A stretch of 64,000 nt of DNA. It comes from an uncultured Algibacter sp. (GTDB lineage Bacteria > Bacteroidota > Bacteroidia > Flavobacteriales > Flavobacteriaceae). Under the pieces are notes generated by a model. The model saw only the letters and a list, made by a program, of their open reading frames with translations. It searched no databases and was not told where the DNA came from. Numbering within the stretch: position 1 is the stretch's first letter; each line of letters opens with the position of its first letter. Below, in pieces: positions 1 through 10,239 of the stretch. The stretch is taken from NCBI RefSeq assembly GCF_947499935.1, contig NZ_CANMQH010000015.1; one strand, 5' to 3'. The position numbers were made by a program, and so were the translations under genes.

Positions 1-198
1 GAAATATTAGCAAAATCGCCAACCTCCATAAAAATGCTTAAATTCGCTATGAATTTAACGGATGATGGTATGGTAGGACAACAAGTTTTTGCTGGAGAAG
101 CTACACGCTTGGCTTACATGACAGACGAAGCCAAAGAAGGTAGAGATGCTTTTTTAGAAAAGCGCAAGCCTAATTTTGATAAAAAATGGATTCCTTGA
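1..198 (+). CDS. menB: 1,4-dihydroxy-2-naphthoyl-CoA synthase, 3' end only (gene begins upstream of the window)
   Basis: Frame 1 is open from base 1 to TGA at 196-198. My translation ends ...[40 protein letters not shown], a typical MenB (crotonase-fold) C-terminus. It overlaps the menA start by 13 nt. Confidence 0.8.
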   Translation, partial: EILAKSPTSIKMLKFAMNLTDDGMVGQQVFAGEATRLAYMTDEAKEGRDAFLEKRKPNFDKKWIP

Positions 199-1100
199 TG
201 AATAAAGTTTCTATTTGGTTATCTACAATGCGTCTCAGAACCTTGCCGTTATCAATTTCAGGAATTATACTAGGTTCTTGTCTGGCTTATGATAAGGGTT
301 TTTTTCAATGGGGCATTTTTGCATTGGCTATTCTAACAACACTAAGTTTTCAAATACTTTCTAATTTTGCTAACGATTACGGCGATGGTATAAAAGGCAC
401 AGATAATAACGAAAGAATAGGTCCAGAGCGTGCCATTCAATCAGGTAAAATAACACCTAAACAATTATTAAATGCTATTAAATTAAATATTGTTATTTCT
501 ATAATTTTAGCTGTTTTACTTATTTATTACGCTTTTGGAACCGAAAACCTAATATTAATCATCATATTTTTACTTTTAGGAATTTCATCTATTATTGCTG
601 CAATGCGCTATACTATGGGAAACAATGCCTACGGTTATAAAGGGTTGGGAGATGTTTTTGTTTTTTTATTTTTTGGATTGGTAAGTGTTATTGGTTGTTA
701 TGTTTTGTTTGCAAAACAAATGGACACGATTACGCTTTTACCTGCTTGCACTATAGGGCTTTTAAGTGCTGCGGTATTAAACCTTAATAACATGCGAGAT
801 ATAGCATCAGACTTAAAATCTAACAAAGTAACATTAGCCGTAAAACTTGGAAAAGTATGGGCATTACGTTACCATAACATACTCATTATATCAGCCTTTA
901 TTACATCAGCTTTGTTTGGTTTTTTGCATTACGTGTCGCCCTATAATCTTATTTATTTTGTAGCCTATATTCCATTAGCCATTCATTTAAAAAAAGCAAA
1001 TACGGTTATAGATGCCAAGTTATTTGACCCAGAACTTAAAAAATTAGCATTAACAACGGTTCTATTAGCTGTTTTAATGGGCATAGGGCAATTATTATAA
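186..1100 (+). CDS. menA: 1,4-dihydroxy-2-naphthoate octaprenyltransferase (UbiA family)
   Basis: 304-aa polytopic membrane ORF with the UbiA-type NDYGD motif ([11 protein letters not shown]) and MRTLPLS near the N-terminus. It sits directly after menB. Confidence 0.9.
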   Translation: MDSLMNKVSIWLSTMRLRTLPLSISGIILGSCLAYDKGFFQWGIFALAILTTLSFQILSNFANDYGDGIKGTDNNERIGPERAIQSGKITPKQLLNAIKLNIVISIILAVLLIYYAFGTENLILIIIFLLLGISSIIAAMRYTMGNNAYGYKGLGDVFVFLFFGLVSVIGCYVLFAKQMDTITLLPACTIGLLSAAVLNLNNMRDIASDLKSNKVTLAVKLGKVWALRYHNILIISAFITSALFGFLHYVSPYNLIYFVAYIPLAIHLKKANTVIDAKLFDPELKKLALTTVLLAVLMGIGQLL

Positions 1101-1142
1101 GGCTTTTTATTATTTATTTTGTAAACTTATAAATTGTTAAAA

Positions 1143-1820
1143 ATGAAAATTACATTTTATGGTCATGCTAGTTTGGGTATTCAAATTGAAGATATAAATA
1201 TACTGGTAGATCCATTTATTTCAGCCAATCCAAAGGCTTCTTCAATTGATATTAATACGCTAAAGGCAGATTATATTTTAATAACACATGCGCACCAAGA
1301 TCATATTGTAGATGTTGAGGCTATAGCAAAACGGACGGGCGCCATTGTTGTTTCAAATTTTGAAATCGTTTCGCATTTTGAAACCATAGGAATAAAAGGG
1401 CATCCCATGAATCATGGTGGAAAGTGGAATTTTGATTTTGGTACGGTTAAATATGTAAATGCCATCCATACCTCTTCTTTTCCAGACGGTAGTTATGGTG
1501 GTCAGCCAGGTGGTTTTGTTATAGAAACTAAACATAAAAATATTTACATAGCAGGAGATACGGCATTAACGTACGATATGAAATTAATTCCATTACAAAC
1601 CAAATTAGATTTAGCCATTTTGCCTATTGGCGATAATTTTACTATGGGTATTGATGATGCTATTTTAGCTAGCGATTTTGTAGAATGCGATAAAATTCTT
1701 GGTTATCATTTTGATACGTTTGGTTATATTGAAATAAATCATGAAGACGCTAAACAAAAATTCTCCAAAAAATCTAAAGATCTAATCTTATTAGACATAG
1801 GGGATTCTATTAAATTGTAA
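1143..1820 (+). CDS. metal-dependent hydrolase, MBL fold (UPF0173/YtkL-like)
   Basis: HAHQDH metallo-beta-lactamase motif and the typical MKITFYGHAS N-terminus. The ORF-track start at 1134 is TTG; the ATG at 1143 is more likely. Confidence 0.8.
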   Translation: MKITFYGHASLGIQIEDINILVDPFISANPKASSIDINTLKADYILITHAHQDHIVDVEAIAKRTGAIVVSNFEIVSHFETIGIKGHPMNHGGKWNFDFGTVKYVNAIHTSSFPDGSYGGQPGGFVIETKHKNIYIAGDTALTYDMKLIPLQTKLDLAILPIGDNFTMGIDDAILASDFVECDKILGYHFDTFGYIEINHEDAKQKFSKKSKDLILLDIGDSIKL

Positions 1821-1831
1821 AACCATTTTAA

Positions 1832-2530
1832 ATGTTACAAATGAAAAAACTAATCTTACTTTTTTTTGTATTTATTTTTAGTAATGCCATTAATGCACAA
1901 GTTGAACAATCTAAAACTGGCGCTTGGTATATGTATTTTTTTAAGCATCAATTTAAAAATAGTCAATTTGGTGTTCAAGGCGATGTACAATATAGAAATT
2001 GGAACTTAGGTGGCGATTTAGAGCAACTTTTATTGCGTTCGGGTATTACATATAAGCCTAAAACTACCAATATTTTGTTTACTTTAGGTTATGGTCATAT
2101 AACCACTGGGCAATTTGGAGATAGTAAAGATACTACCACAGAAAGTAGAATTTATCAAGAAGCACTTTTTCCACAAAAACTAGGAAAACGGTTTCATTTA
2201 GCGCATCGGTTTAGGTTCGAGCAACGGTTTGTAGAAAACCAAGATTTTAGAACCAGATACCGCTATAATCTTTTTTTAAACATACCATTAAATCATTCAG
2301 ATATTATAGAAAAGACATTTTATGTAGCTTTATATAATGAGTTATTTATAAACGGACAAACAGACATTGGAGACAATAGAACTGTAGAGTTATTTGACAG
2401 AAATAGAACGTATTTGGGGCTTGGTTATGCTTTAAAACCTTCAATGAAGTTTCAATTAGGTTGGATGAATCAAAAAACAGTTACTTGGGGAAAAGGTCAA
2501 CTTCAACTCAGTTTTCATCATAGTTTTTAA
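1832..2530 (+). CDS. DUF2490-like outer-membrane protein
   Basis: Signal peptide (MKKLILLFFVFIFSNAINAQ, alternative ATG at 1841) and a beta-strand-rich, aromatic-terminated sequence (LSFHHSF). The family call is from memory only. Confidence 0.55.
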   Translation: MLQMKKLILLFFVFIFSNAINAQVEQSKTGAWYMYFFKHQFKNSQFGVQGDVQYRNWNLGGDLEQLLLRSGITYKPKTTNILFTLGYGHITTGQFGDSKDTTTESRIYQEALFPQKLGKRFHLAHRFRFEQRFVENQDFRTRYRYNLFLNIPLNHSDIIEKTFYVALYNELFINGQTDIGDNRTVELFDRNRTYLGLGYALKPSMKFQLGWMNQKTVTWGKGQLQLSFHHSF

Positions 2531-2555
2531 TCCGGTTTTAGTTTAGCAAAGTTTT

Positions 2556-3590
2556 ATGAAAGCGTCTTATTCTAAATATATTTTAAATTTTAAACAACCT
2601 AGTGGCACATCGCGAGGTATTTTAAAAACTAAAGCCACGTGGTTTTTAATTTTAAATGATGAAGAAAAACAGGGCATTGGAGAATGTGGTATGTTTAAAG
2701 GGCTTTCTATAGATGATAGACCAGATTTTGAAGAAAAATTAAAATGGGTATGCGCCAATATAAGTTTAGGACTTTCTCAATTACTAGACCAGTTAATAGA
2801 ATTTCCCAGCATTCAATTTGGATTAGAAATGGCCTTTAAGTCTATAGAAAGTCAAAACCCATTTAAGCTATTTAAATCAAATTTTACAGAAGGAAAAGAT
2901 ACTATTTCTATAAACGGTTTAATTTGGATGGGAAGCGAAGCTTTTATGAAACAGCAAATCCAAGATAAAATTCAAGCCGGTTTTAGTTGTATAAAAATGA
3001 AAATTGGTGCCATAGATTTTCAGCAAGAAATTAATTTAATAAAATCTATTAGAAAACAATTTTCTTCAAATGATATTGAATTACGTGTAGATGCTAATGG
3101 TGCTTTTCTGCCTACTGAAGCTTTAGAGAAATTAAAAACCTTATCAGATTACGATTTACATTCTATAGAACAACCTATAAAACAAGGGCAAATACAAGAA
3201 ATGGCTAAGCTTTGCGAAAACACACCTTTGCCTATTGCTTTAGATGAAGAATTAATTGGTGTTTTTTCTGTAACAAAAAAGCAAGAGTTGCTACAAACCA
3301 TAAAGCCTCAGTATATTATTTTAAAACCGACTTTAATTGGCGGGTTTAATGGCAGCAATGCATGGATACATAGTGCTGAAAAACTTAATATTAAATGGTG
3401 GGTTACCAGTGCGTTAGAAAGTAATATTGGGCTTAATGCTATTGCTCAATACACGTATAATACGCATAATAAAATGCCTCAAGGCCTTGGTACTGGTGGT
3501 TTGTTTACTAATAATTTTGAAGCACCGCTAGAAGTAAATAAAGGAACATTGCTATATAATAATACTTTAAATTGGAAATTTAATTTGTAA
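2556..3590 (+). CDS. menC: o-succinylbenzoate synthase (enolase superfamily)
   Basis: 344-aa ORF with an enolase-superfamily layout (KMKIG, RVDANGAF, IEQP, ALDEEL metal-ligand blocks) in a men-gene context. Confidence 0.85.
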   Translation: MKASYSKYILNFKQPSGTSRGILKTKATWFLILNDEEKQGIGECGMFKGLSIDDRPDFEEKLKWVCANISLGLSQLLDQLIEFPSIQFGLEMAFKSIESQNPFKLFKSNFTEGKDTISINGLIWMGSEAFMKQQIQDKIQAGFSCIKMKIGAIDFQQEINLIKSIRKQFSSNDIELRVDANGAFLPTEALEKLKTLSDYDLHSIEQPIKQGQIQEMAKLCENTPLPIALDEELIGVFSVTKKQELLQTIKPQYIILKPTLIGGFNGSNAWIHSAEKLNIKWWVTSALESNIGLNAIAQYTYNTHNKMPQGLGTGGLFTNNFEAPLEVNKGTLLYNNTLNWKFNL

Positions 3591-3593
3591 AAT

Positions 3594-4571
3594 ATGTATA
3601 TAACTCAAGCATACAAAGGACTACACGACTGGTGGCAATATATTTTAGGTATTGTTATCGCTATTACTGGCGTATTTGTTTTTTCTGCACCACATATTAT
3701 AGCCATTATTATAGAAACGACCAATGGTAATATTGATATTTCAAAAATGGACGATACTAAGTATTTAATGTCTTTATTTGAGCCAAATCTTAATTTAGTA
3801 TTTGTTTTATTGCCTTTTGCAGGTGGGCTTTTAGCGCTTTTTTTAGCTGTTAAATATTTACATAAATTATCCATTAAACATTTAACCACTAGTAGAAAAA
3901 AAATAGATTGGAAGCGCTTTTGGTTTATCTTTTTCCTCTGGGGTATTGTCTCTAGTAGTTTTGTTATTGTAGATTATTATTTATCTCCAGAAAATTATCA
4001 ATTAAATTTTAAGTTGATACCTTTTTTAATTTTATGTGTTATAGCCATTATTTTGGTGCCATTGCAAACCAGTTTTGAAGAATATTTATTTAGAGGATAT
4101 TTAATGCAGGGTATAGGTGTCATAGCAAAAAATAGATGGTTGCCATTAGTCATTACGTCACTTGTTTTTGGATTATTGCACATAGCAAACCCAGAAGTAG
4201 ATAAACTAGGTCCAGTAATTATGATATATTATATAGGTACAGGGTTAATGCTAGGCATTATGACGCTTATGGATGATGGTATGGAACTCGCATTGGGCTT
4301 TCATGCGGCAAATAATTTGTTTACAGCACTCTTAGTTACTGCAGATTGGACAGCTTTTCAAACACATTCCATTTTAAAAGATATGTCGGATCCTTCAGAA
4401 ATGGCATTGTCAGAAATATTTGTACCTGTATTTGTTGTGTTTCCTATACTGCTGTTTATACTTTCAAAAGTCTATAACTGGACGAATTGGAAAGATAAAC
4501 TTTTTGGTAAAGTAGAAGCTCCAATTTCTGATGATTATAAAATAATTGAAGATATAGAACATAATAATTAA
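3594..4571 (+). CDS. CPBP-family intramembrane glutamic endopeptidase (CAAX protease-like)
   Basis: Polytopic membrane protein carrying the CPBP motifs EEYLFRG, FGLLH and HAANN. It starts 3 nt after the menC stop. Confidence 0.85.
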   Translation: MYITQAYKGLHDWWQYILGIVIAITGVFVFSAPHIIAIIIETTNGNIDISKMDDTKYLMSLFEPNLNLVFVLLPFAGGLLALFLAVKYLHKLSIKHLTTSRKKIDWKRFWFIFFLWGIVSSSFVIVDYYLSPENYQLNFKLIPFLILCVIAIILVPLQTSFEEYLFRGYLMQGIGVIAKNRWLPLVITSLVFGLLHIANPEVDKLGPVIMIYYIGTGLMLGIMTLMDDGMELALGFHAANNLFTALLVTADWTAFQTHSILKDMSDPSEMALSEIFVPVFVVFPILLFILSKVYNWTNWKDKLFGKVEAPISDDYKIIEDIEHNN

Positions 4572-4658
4572 GATAGTTAAAGTTATAATATAAGCTACCT
4601 TAACGTTTTAAATTCTAGTTAAAAGTTAAGACGAATTTATAAAAATATATAGTAATAC

Positions 4659-5726
4659 ATGACAGTAGATTACACCAAAGTGCATTTAAAATTTAAATTA
4701 GATAACTTGAGTTATAACCATAAAAATTTAATGGAAGTAGCATATAGTTATGTAAAAGAGGGTTTGCCTTACCAACAAGCATTGGGTGACTTTTTGTTAG
4801 ACTGGTTGGATAATAAACCTTATATTTTTGTAAAAACATCGGGCTCTACAGGTAAGCCAAAGCATTTAAAAATAGATAAGCAAGCTATGGTTAACTCGGC
4901 ATTAGCCACCGGAGATTTTTTTAATTTAAAACCAGGAGATAAAGTTTTACATTGTTTACCAGCAAACTTTATAGCAGGTAAAATGATGATTGTTAGAGCT
5001 ATTATTTTAGGTTTAGAGTTAGATATGGTAGAACCATCTGCATTACCTCGTATTGATTACGATAAAGATTATGCTTTTTGTGCATTTACACCCATGCAAC
5101 TCAAAAACTTTGCTAAATATCTTGAAAATATTAAAACGGTTATCGTTGGCGGGGGTAGAGTTTCTCAAGCCATTATTAACCTCATAAAAGATAAAAAGCC
5201 TAATATTTATGAAACCTATGGCATGACGGAAACGGTCTCTCATATCGCTATTAAAAAATTAAATAATTTTTCTGACAATGATGATAAAGCCTATTTTTCA
5301 ACATTACCAGACATTACATTGTCTCAAGACGACAGAGGCTGCTTAATTATTGATGCTCCAAAACTATCTAAAGTACAAATTGTAACTAATGATATTGTAG
5401 ATTTACAATCAGGAACGCAATTTAAATGGTTGGGACGTTATGATAATGTTGTAAATTCAGGAGGAGTTAAATTATTCCCAGAGCAAATAGAAATGAAACT
5501 TCGAGATAAAATTAATAGCGAATTTTTTATTGCATCTAAACCAGATGATACTCTTGGAGAAAAACTTATTTTAGTTATAGAAAGCAATAAAAATCAAATT
5601 GATACGTCTATTTTTAATGTTTTAGATAAATTTGAAAAGCCTAAAGCCATATATAACGTGTCAAAATTTGCACAAACATCATCAGGTAAAATACACCGAA
5701 AAAAAACACTTGAGCAATTAAACTAA
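4659..5726 (+). CDS. menE: o-succinylbenzoate--CoA ligase (short AMP-binding enzyme)
   Basis: AMP-binding motifs TSGSTGKPK and YGMTET, a C-terminal SGKIHRKK, and the men-cluster context. Confidence 0.85.
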   Translation: MTVDYTKVHLKFKLDNLSYNHKNLMEVAYSYVKEGLPYQQALGDFLLDWLDNKPYIFVKTSGSTGKPKHLKIDKQAMVNSALATGDFFNLKPGDKVLHCLPANFIAGKMMIVRAIILGLELDMVEPSALPRIDYDKDYAFCAFTPMQLKNFAKYLENIKTVIVGGGRVSQAIINLIKDKKPNIYETYGMTETVSHIAIKKLNNFSDNDDKAYFSTLPDITLSQDDRGCLIIDAPKLSKVQIVTNDIVDLQSGTQFKWLGRYDNVVNSGGVKLFPEQIEMKLRDKINSEFFIASKPDDTLGEKLILVIESNKNQIDTSIFNVLDKFEKPKAIYNVSKFAQTSSGKIHRKKTLEQLN

Positions 5727-5767
5727 ACCATAAACCTATATTCTATTAACCTAATAAAAAAAACATC

Positions 5768-7534
5768 ATGAATTTTATAAAACGCGTATTATCAACAGTA
5801 ACAGGCATTATTGTCTTTTTAATTATTTGTTTTTTAGGTTTAATGATACTAGGCGCCTTGTTAGGAGGCGGAGGTGGAGATGAAGTGGTTAATGTAAAGT
5901 CTAATTCTGTTTTAGACTTAAGATTAGATTTTCCAATTAAAGATTATGCAGGTAAGACAGAGTTTAAAAAATATCCATTTTTAAATGAAGATAAAAAAAA
6001 TGGGCTTTTTAATATTATTGATGCTATAGACTATGCTGCTACTGACAGTAAAATTAAAGGTATATCTATTAAAAACAATTTTATTCAAGCTGGTATTTCG
6101 CAAACTAAAGCCTTGAGAGATGCTTTATTAAAATTTAAGGAATCTGGTAAATTTATTGTAGCATACGCAGATATTTATACTCAAAAAGATTATTATTTAA
6201 GTTCTGTAGCCGACACCATATACTTAAATCCTGTAGGGGCTCTAGAATTTAAAGGTTTATCATCAGAACGTTTATATTTTAAAGATTTTCAAGAAAAAAC
6301 AGGAGTTAAAATGGAAGTGGTACGATTAGGAAAATATAAAAGTGCTGTAGAACCATTTTTAGAAAATGAAATGAGCGATAATAATCGAGAACAAATTTCG
6401 GTATACTTAAATTCTCTTTGGAAAAATATGAAACAAGATATTTCTACCAGTAGAGATATTTCTGTTGCACAATTAAATATAATCGCAGATAGTTTATTGG
6501 CCAGAAACCCAAACATGGCTATAGCTTCTAAGCTTATTGATAAAATAGGTTATCAAGATGAATATATTAATGGTATTAAACATCAAATGAAAGTTGATAT
6601 AAAAGACGATTTAAAGTCTGTAAACATTGCTGATTATGCCGAATATGCCGCAAAAAAACTAAAAAGGAGTACAAGTAAAAATAAAATAGCTATTATCTAT
6701 GCAGAAGGCGATATTATTTATGGAGAAGGTGATGTAAATTCGGTAGGACAAGGTGCTACAAACAAAGCGTTAAAAGACGCTAGAGATGATGATAAGGTTA
6801 AGGCCATAGTCTTAAGAGTTAACTCTCCAGGAGGAAGTGCATTAGCCAGTGAACTTATATGGCGAGAAATAGAACTTACTAAAAAAGTAAAGCCCGTTAT
6901 TGTTTCTATGGGTAACTATGCAGCATCTGGGGGGTATTATATAGCATGTAATGCAAATAAAATAATAGCAGAACCAACAACCATAACAGGAAGTATTGGC
7001 GTATTTGGTGTATTACCAAATGGCGAAAAATTAGCCAATAAAATAGGAATTAACGCAGAGCAAGTTGTTACTAACGAAAACGCCATTTCTTATAGTTTTT
7101 TTGAGCCTTTAGATGATAAAAAACGTGCTTTTATAAAAGAAGGCGTCTCTGATATTTATGAATTATTTACACAGCGTGTTGCCGATGGTCGTAACATGAC
7201 ACAAGATGATGTTAAGGCTATAGCACAAGGTCGTGTTTGGACTGGAGAAGATGCTTTAAATAATGGGTTAGTAGATGAATTAGGAGGATTAGATTTGGCT
7301 TTACAACGTGCTGCAGAAGCTGCTGAGATTACAGACTATAACATTAAAGAATTACCTGTTTTTGAAAAAGACCTAGAAAAAGTATTGCAAGAATTTGGTA
7401 TAGCAAAAGCAAAAGAGACTATTCTAGAAGAAGAACTTGGGGAAGACGCTTATAAATTATTAAAAGAAGTGAAAGCGATGTCTCAAAAAAAAGGGATGCA
7501 GTTGCGTTTTCCTTTTGGAACTGAAATAAAATAA
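5768..7534 (+). CDS. sppA: signal peptide peptidase SppA, 67K type
   Basis: 588 aa with an N-terminal TM segment and two tandem S49 peptidase domains (INSPGGS, AASGGYY motifs). Confidence 0.9.
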   Translation: MNFIKRVLSTVTGIIVFLIICFLGLMILGALLGGGGGDEVVNVKSNSVLDLRLDFPIKDYAGKTEFKKYPFLNEDKKNGLFNIIDAIDYAATDSKIKGISIKNNFIQAGISQTKALRDALLKFKESGKFIVAYADIYTQKDYYLSSVADTIYLNPVGALEFKGLSSERLYFKDFQEKTGVKMEVVRLGKYKSAVEPFLENEMSDNNREQISVYLNSLWKNMKQDISTSRDISVAQLNIIADSLLARNPNMAIASKLIDKIGYQDEYINGIKHQMKVDIKDDLKSVNIADYAEYAAKKLKRSTSKNKIAIIYAEGDIIYGEGDVNSVGQGATNKALKDARDDDKVKAIVLRVNSPGGSALASELIWREIELTKKVKPVIVSMGNYAASGGYYIACNANKIIAEPTTITGSIGVFGVLPNGEKLANKIGINAEQVVTNENAISYSFFEPLDDKKRAFIKEGVSDIYELFTQRVADGRNMTQDDVKAIAQGRVWTGEDALNNGLVDELGGLDLALQRAAEAAEITDYNIKELPVFEKDLEKVLQEFGIAKAKETILEEELGEDAYKLLKEVKAMSQKKGMQLRFPFGTEIK

Positions 7535-7648
7535 GGTTAAAATTTAGTTATAACTTAATTAAAGTCTGGTAGCATACTTTTTTTTGTTATTTTAACATGG
7601 TAATTCAAGGATAACAAATAATATGTTTTCCTTGTTTAAAGCTTGTTA

Positions 7649-8359
7649 ATGAAAATCTATGTCGTAGAGGATGAAATAATTCCATTAGATGATATTTTAA
7701 TCACTATTAAAAGTTTAAACCACCAATGTGTAGGTTATTCTGGAGATGCTTTTGAAGCTCTAGAACAAATAGAATCTCTAAAACCAGATGTGGTTTTAAT
7801 GGATATACATTTAAATGGAAAACAACAGGGTATACAATTAGCTAGAGAGATAAATAAAAAAAGTAATATCCCTTTAATATATACGTCATCAGATATAACT
7901 AAATCGGTAATAAATGAAGCCGCAGATACTAATCCTATTTCATACATTATAAAGCCGGTTAACGAAAAAGATTTATTGGCAGCTTTAATTTTAGCAGAAA
8001 ATAAAATATCTTCTATAAATGATTCAAGCCCTGATGAGCTATCCGAAATTTTTATAAAAAATAGAAAAAAACTCGAAAAAATTAATGTAAATGATATTTT
8101 ATTTGCATTTACCGATACAAAAAATTATTGCACTATAGTAACAGAAGATACAAAGTTAACAGTGAGAAACTCGATTGTTGGTTTACAGCAATTGTTAAAT
8201 CATGAGCAGTTTATACAAACTCATAGAGCTTATATAATTAATTGGAAAAAAGTTGATGCTTTTTACGAAGGCACCCAATCTATAGAAATTAAAGAGCACA
8301 ATATACCTCTAGGCAGAACTTACAAAGATTCTGTATACAAAAGACTAAAAATGCTTTAA
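7649..8359 (+). CDS. LytTR-family response regulator (receiver plus LytTR DNA-binding domain)
   Basis: The receiver residues are intact (VVEDE, LMDIHL, YTSS, IIKP). The C-terminal LytTR block is FIQTHRAYIIN. No histidine kinase gene is adjacent. The ATG at 7649 is preferred over the TTG at 7643. Confidence 0.85.
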   Translation: MKIYVVEDEIIPLDDILITIKSLNHQCVGYSGDAFEALEQIESLKPDVVLMDIHLNGKQQGIQLAREINKKSNIPLIYTSSDITKSVINEAADTNPISYIIKPVNEKDLLAALILAENKISSINDSSPDELSEIFIKNRKKLEKINVNDILFAFTDTKNYCTIVTEDTKLTVRNSIVGLQQLLNHEQFIQTHRAYIINWKKVDAFYEGTQSIEIKEHNIPLGRTYKDSVYKRLKML

Positions 8360-8624
8360 AATACATTTATCCCTAATTATTCGTTATTTATAAATAACAT
8401 ACTTTATTAGAATACAAACTATAAACCGTTGTGTATTTAGGAAATATTAATCTTTAGATTATTGATATTTTTATTAAAGACAAACGTATTGATATATTGA
8501 AGTACAGTCATAGAAGTAATTTTGAATAAGATTCTATTTTAAATCCATCAAAAGGTTTAGTGTAATTTCGTCTTATCATAAGTTGTTGTTTTGCAAGTAT
8601 CATATATAAACGAATCTTTATGAA

Positions 8625-8648
8625 ATTATTATTATTATTATTATTATT
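8625..8648. repeat. (ATT)8 trinucleotide microsatellite
   Basis: Eight perfect ATT units counted directly in the 400-bp AT-rich spacer between convergent genes. Confidence 0.95.
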
Positions 8649-8759
8649 CGAGAATTGCTAATATGCTGATTTTTTTAATCGTTTGCAATACAAATTATGC
8701 AGGGTATATATTCGATTATTTTTTTATTTGGGTTATTCTTCAAAAATAAATTAATAACA

Positions 8760-9965
8760 CTAAGCTCTAGTTCGCTTTATATTTTGTTTTAATATTAAAA
8801 ATACAAGTAACGATAATATTCCAAAAATTGAAAAACCAATAAAAAGGGGTAGTACAGAATGGGTAACAAAACCTCCAATATAATTAGCAATAGGGACAGC
8901 CATAACTGTAGATATAAATCCGTTAATGGCTGCACCAATACCAGCTATATGACCAAGCGGTTGCATGGCTAAAGCTCTTAAGTTTCCAAATAAAAAACCA
9001 ACAGCAAAAAACTGCATAGCAAAAAAACTAATGAGTACAATAATATGCGGGTTATTGCCCGAAAAAAATAGAACTACATACATAAGCGATATTAAAGCAT
9101 AAGCTATAGTAGATATATAAGCTATGCGCCACATACCATATTTAACCACAAATACGCTATTTAAATACGTTGCTAAACCTACAGATATAGCTAAACTAGC
9201 AAAGATATAAGGAAACATTTCTGCTAAATTATATTGCTCTTGGAATATTTGTTGTGCCGTACTTAGATATACCATAAATGACCCCGTAATAAAGCCGGAC
9301 ACAATTGTAAAGGCTACGGCTTCTTTATATTTAAAAAAACTAACTGTACCATTAACAAAAAGCTGTAATGAAAATTTTACACGTTTTTCTTCGGGTAGAG
9401 TTTCTGGTTGTCGTTTCCAAAACCATATCATAATGGAAACTCCAAAAATTAAATTGCAATAAAAAATAGATTTCCAACTAAAATACGTTATTAAAAGCTG
9501 TCCTAAAGTCGGCGCAATAATAGGTACTAAAATAAAAAACATGACAACAATAGATATAATTTTAGCCATATAATCGCCTTCAAAAGAATCTCGTATCATA
9601 GAAAGTGCTAAACTTCTTGGAGAAGACAGCCCAATACCTTGAAGTATTCTGCCTAAAATCATCATTTCAAAACTTTTAGTTGTTGTACAGATTATGGTTG
9701 CTCCTATAAAAACAACAAAGCCAATGTAAACAATGGGTTTTCTGCCAAAACTATCTGATAGTGGACCAAATATTAACTGACCACTACCTAAGCCTAAAAA
9801 AATCATGGTAATTAATAATTGATTGTTTGTAGTGCTTTCTACACCTAAGTGCTTACCTATTTCTGGAATAGCTGGTAACAAAGCATCTATAGATAAAGCG
9901 ACTAAAGCCATTAACGATGCCATTAATGCTACAAATTCATATTTTAACTCTTGGGGCTTTTGCAT
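8760..9965 (-). CDS. Bcr/CflA-family MFS drug-resistance transporter
   Basis: 401 aa with 12 predicted TM segments and the typical Bcr N-terminus (ALMASLMALVALSIDALLPA, GPLSDSFGRKP). Confidence 0.85.
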   Translation of the reverse strand: MQKPQELKYEFVALMASLMALVALSIDALLPAIPEIGKHLGVESTTNNQLLITMIFLGLGSGQLIFGPLSDSFGRKPIVYIGFVVFIGATIICTTTKSFEMMILGRILQGIGLSSPRSLALSMIRDSFEGDYMAKIISIVVMFFILVPIIAPTLGQLLITYFSWKSIFYCNLIFGVSIMIWFWKRQPETLPEEKRVKFSLQLFVNGTVSFFKYKEAVAFTIVSGFITGSFMVYLSTAQQIFQEQYNLAEMFPYIFASLAISVGLATYLNSVFVVKYGMWRIAYISTIAYALISLMYVVLFFSGNNPHIIVLISFFAMQFFAVGFLFGNLRALAMQPLGHIAGIGAAINGFISTVMAVPIANYIGGFVTHSVLPLFIGFSIFGILSLLVFLILKQNIKRTRA

Positions 9966-10239
9966 GCCACAAAAGTAGTTTAATTAAGTAATTTGAAAAA
10001 CCTATTCATCATTTAATAACCTGAATAATATTATTGTTAAATTTGATGATTGTATGTGGTATATCCATTTAAAAACACGAATTAATCTTGATGATTTGTT
10101 TTCAGTAAAAAATGAATTGATATCATATAGATGATATTATCTTTACTAACGATAATAATGCTAAGTCAATAGCTAATAGACAAAATTTGGGCTAATTTTG
10201 CCATTATTTGAGAAAAAGAAAAGAATCAAGATAATTTCT

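Noticed and set aside
10042-10140. Repeated TTGATGATT motifs (10043-10051, 10088-10096), a GATGATATT, and a GATATCAT/ATGATAT inverted repeat in the divergent bcr/crp promoter region, considered as Crp/Fnr sites
   Set aside because: They do not match the TTGAT-N4-ATCAA or TGTGA-N6-TCACA consensus, and short AT-rich repeats are expected by chance in such spacers. The evidence is too weak to call a site.
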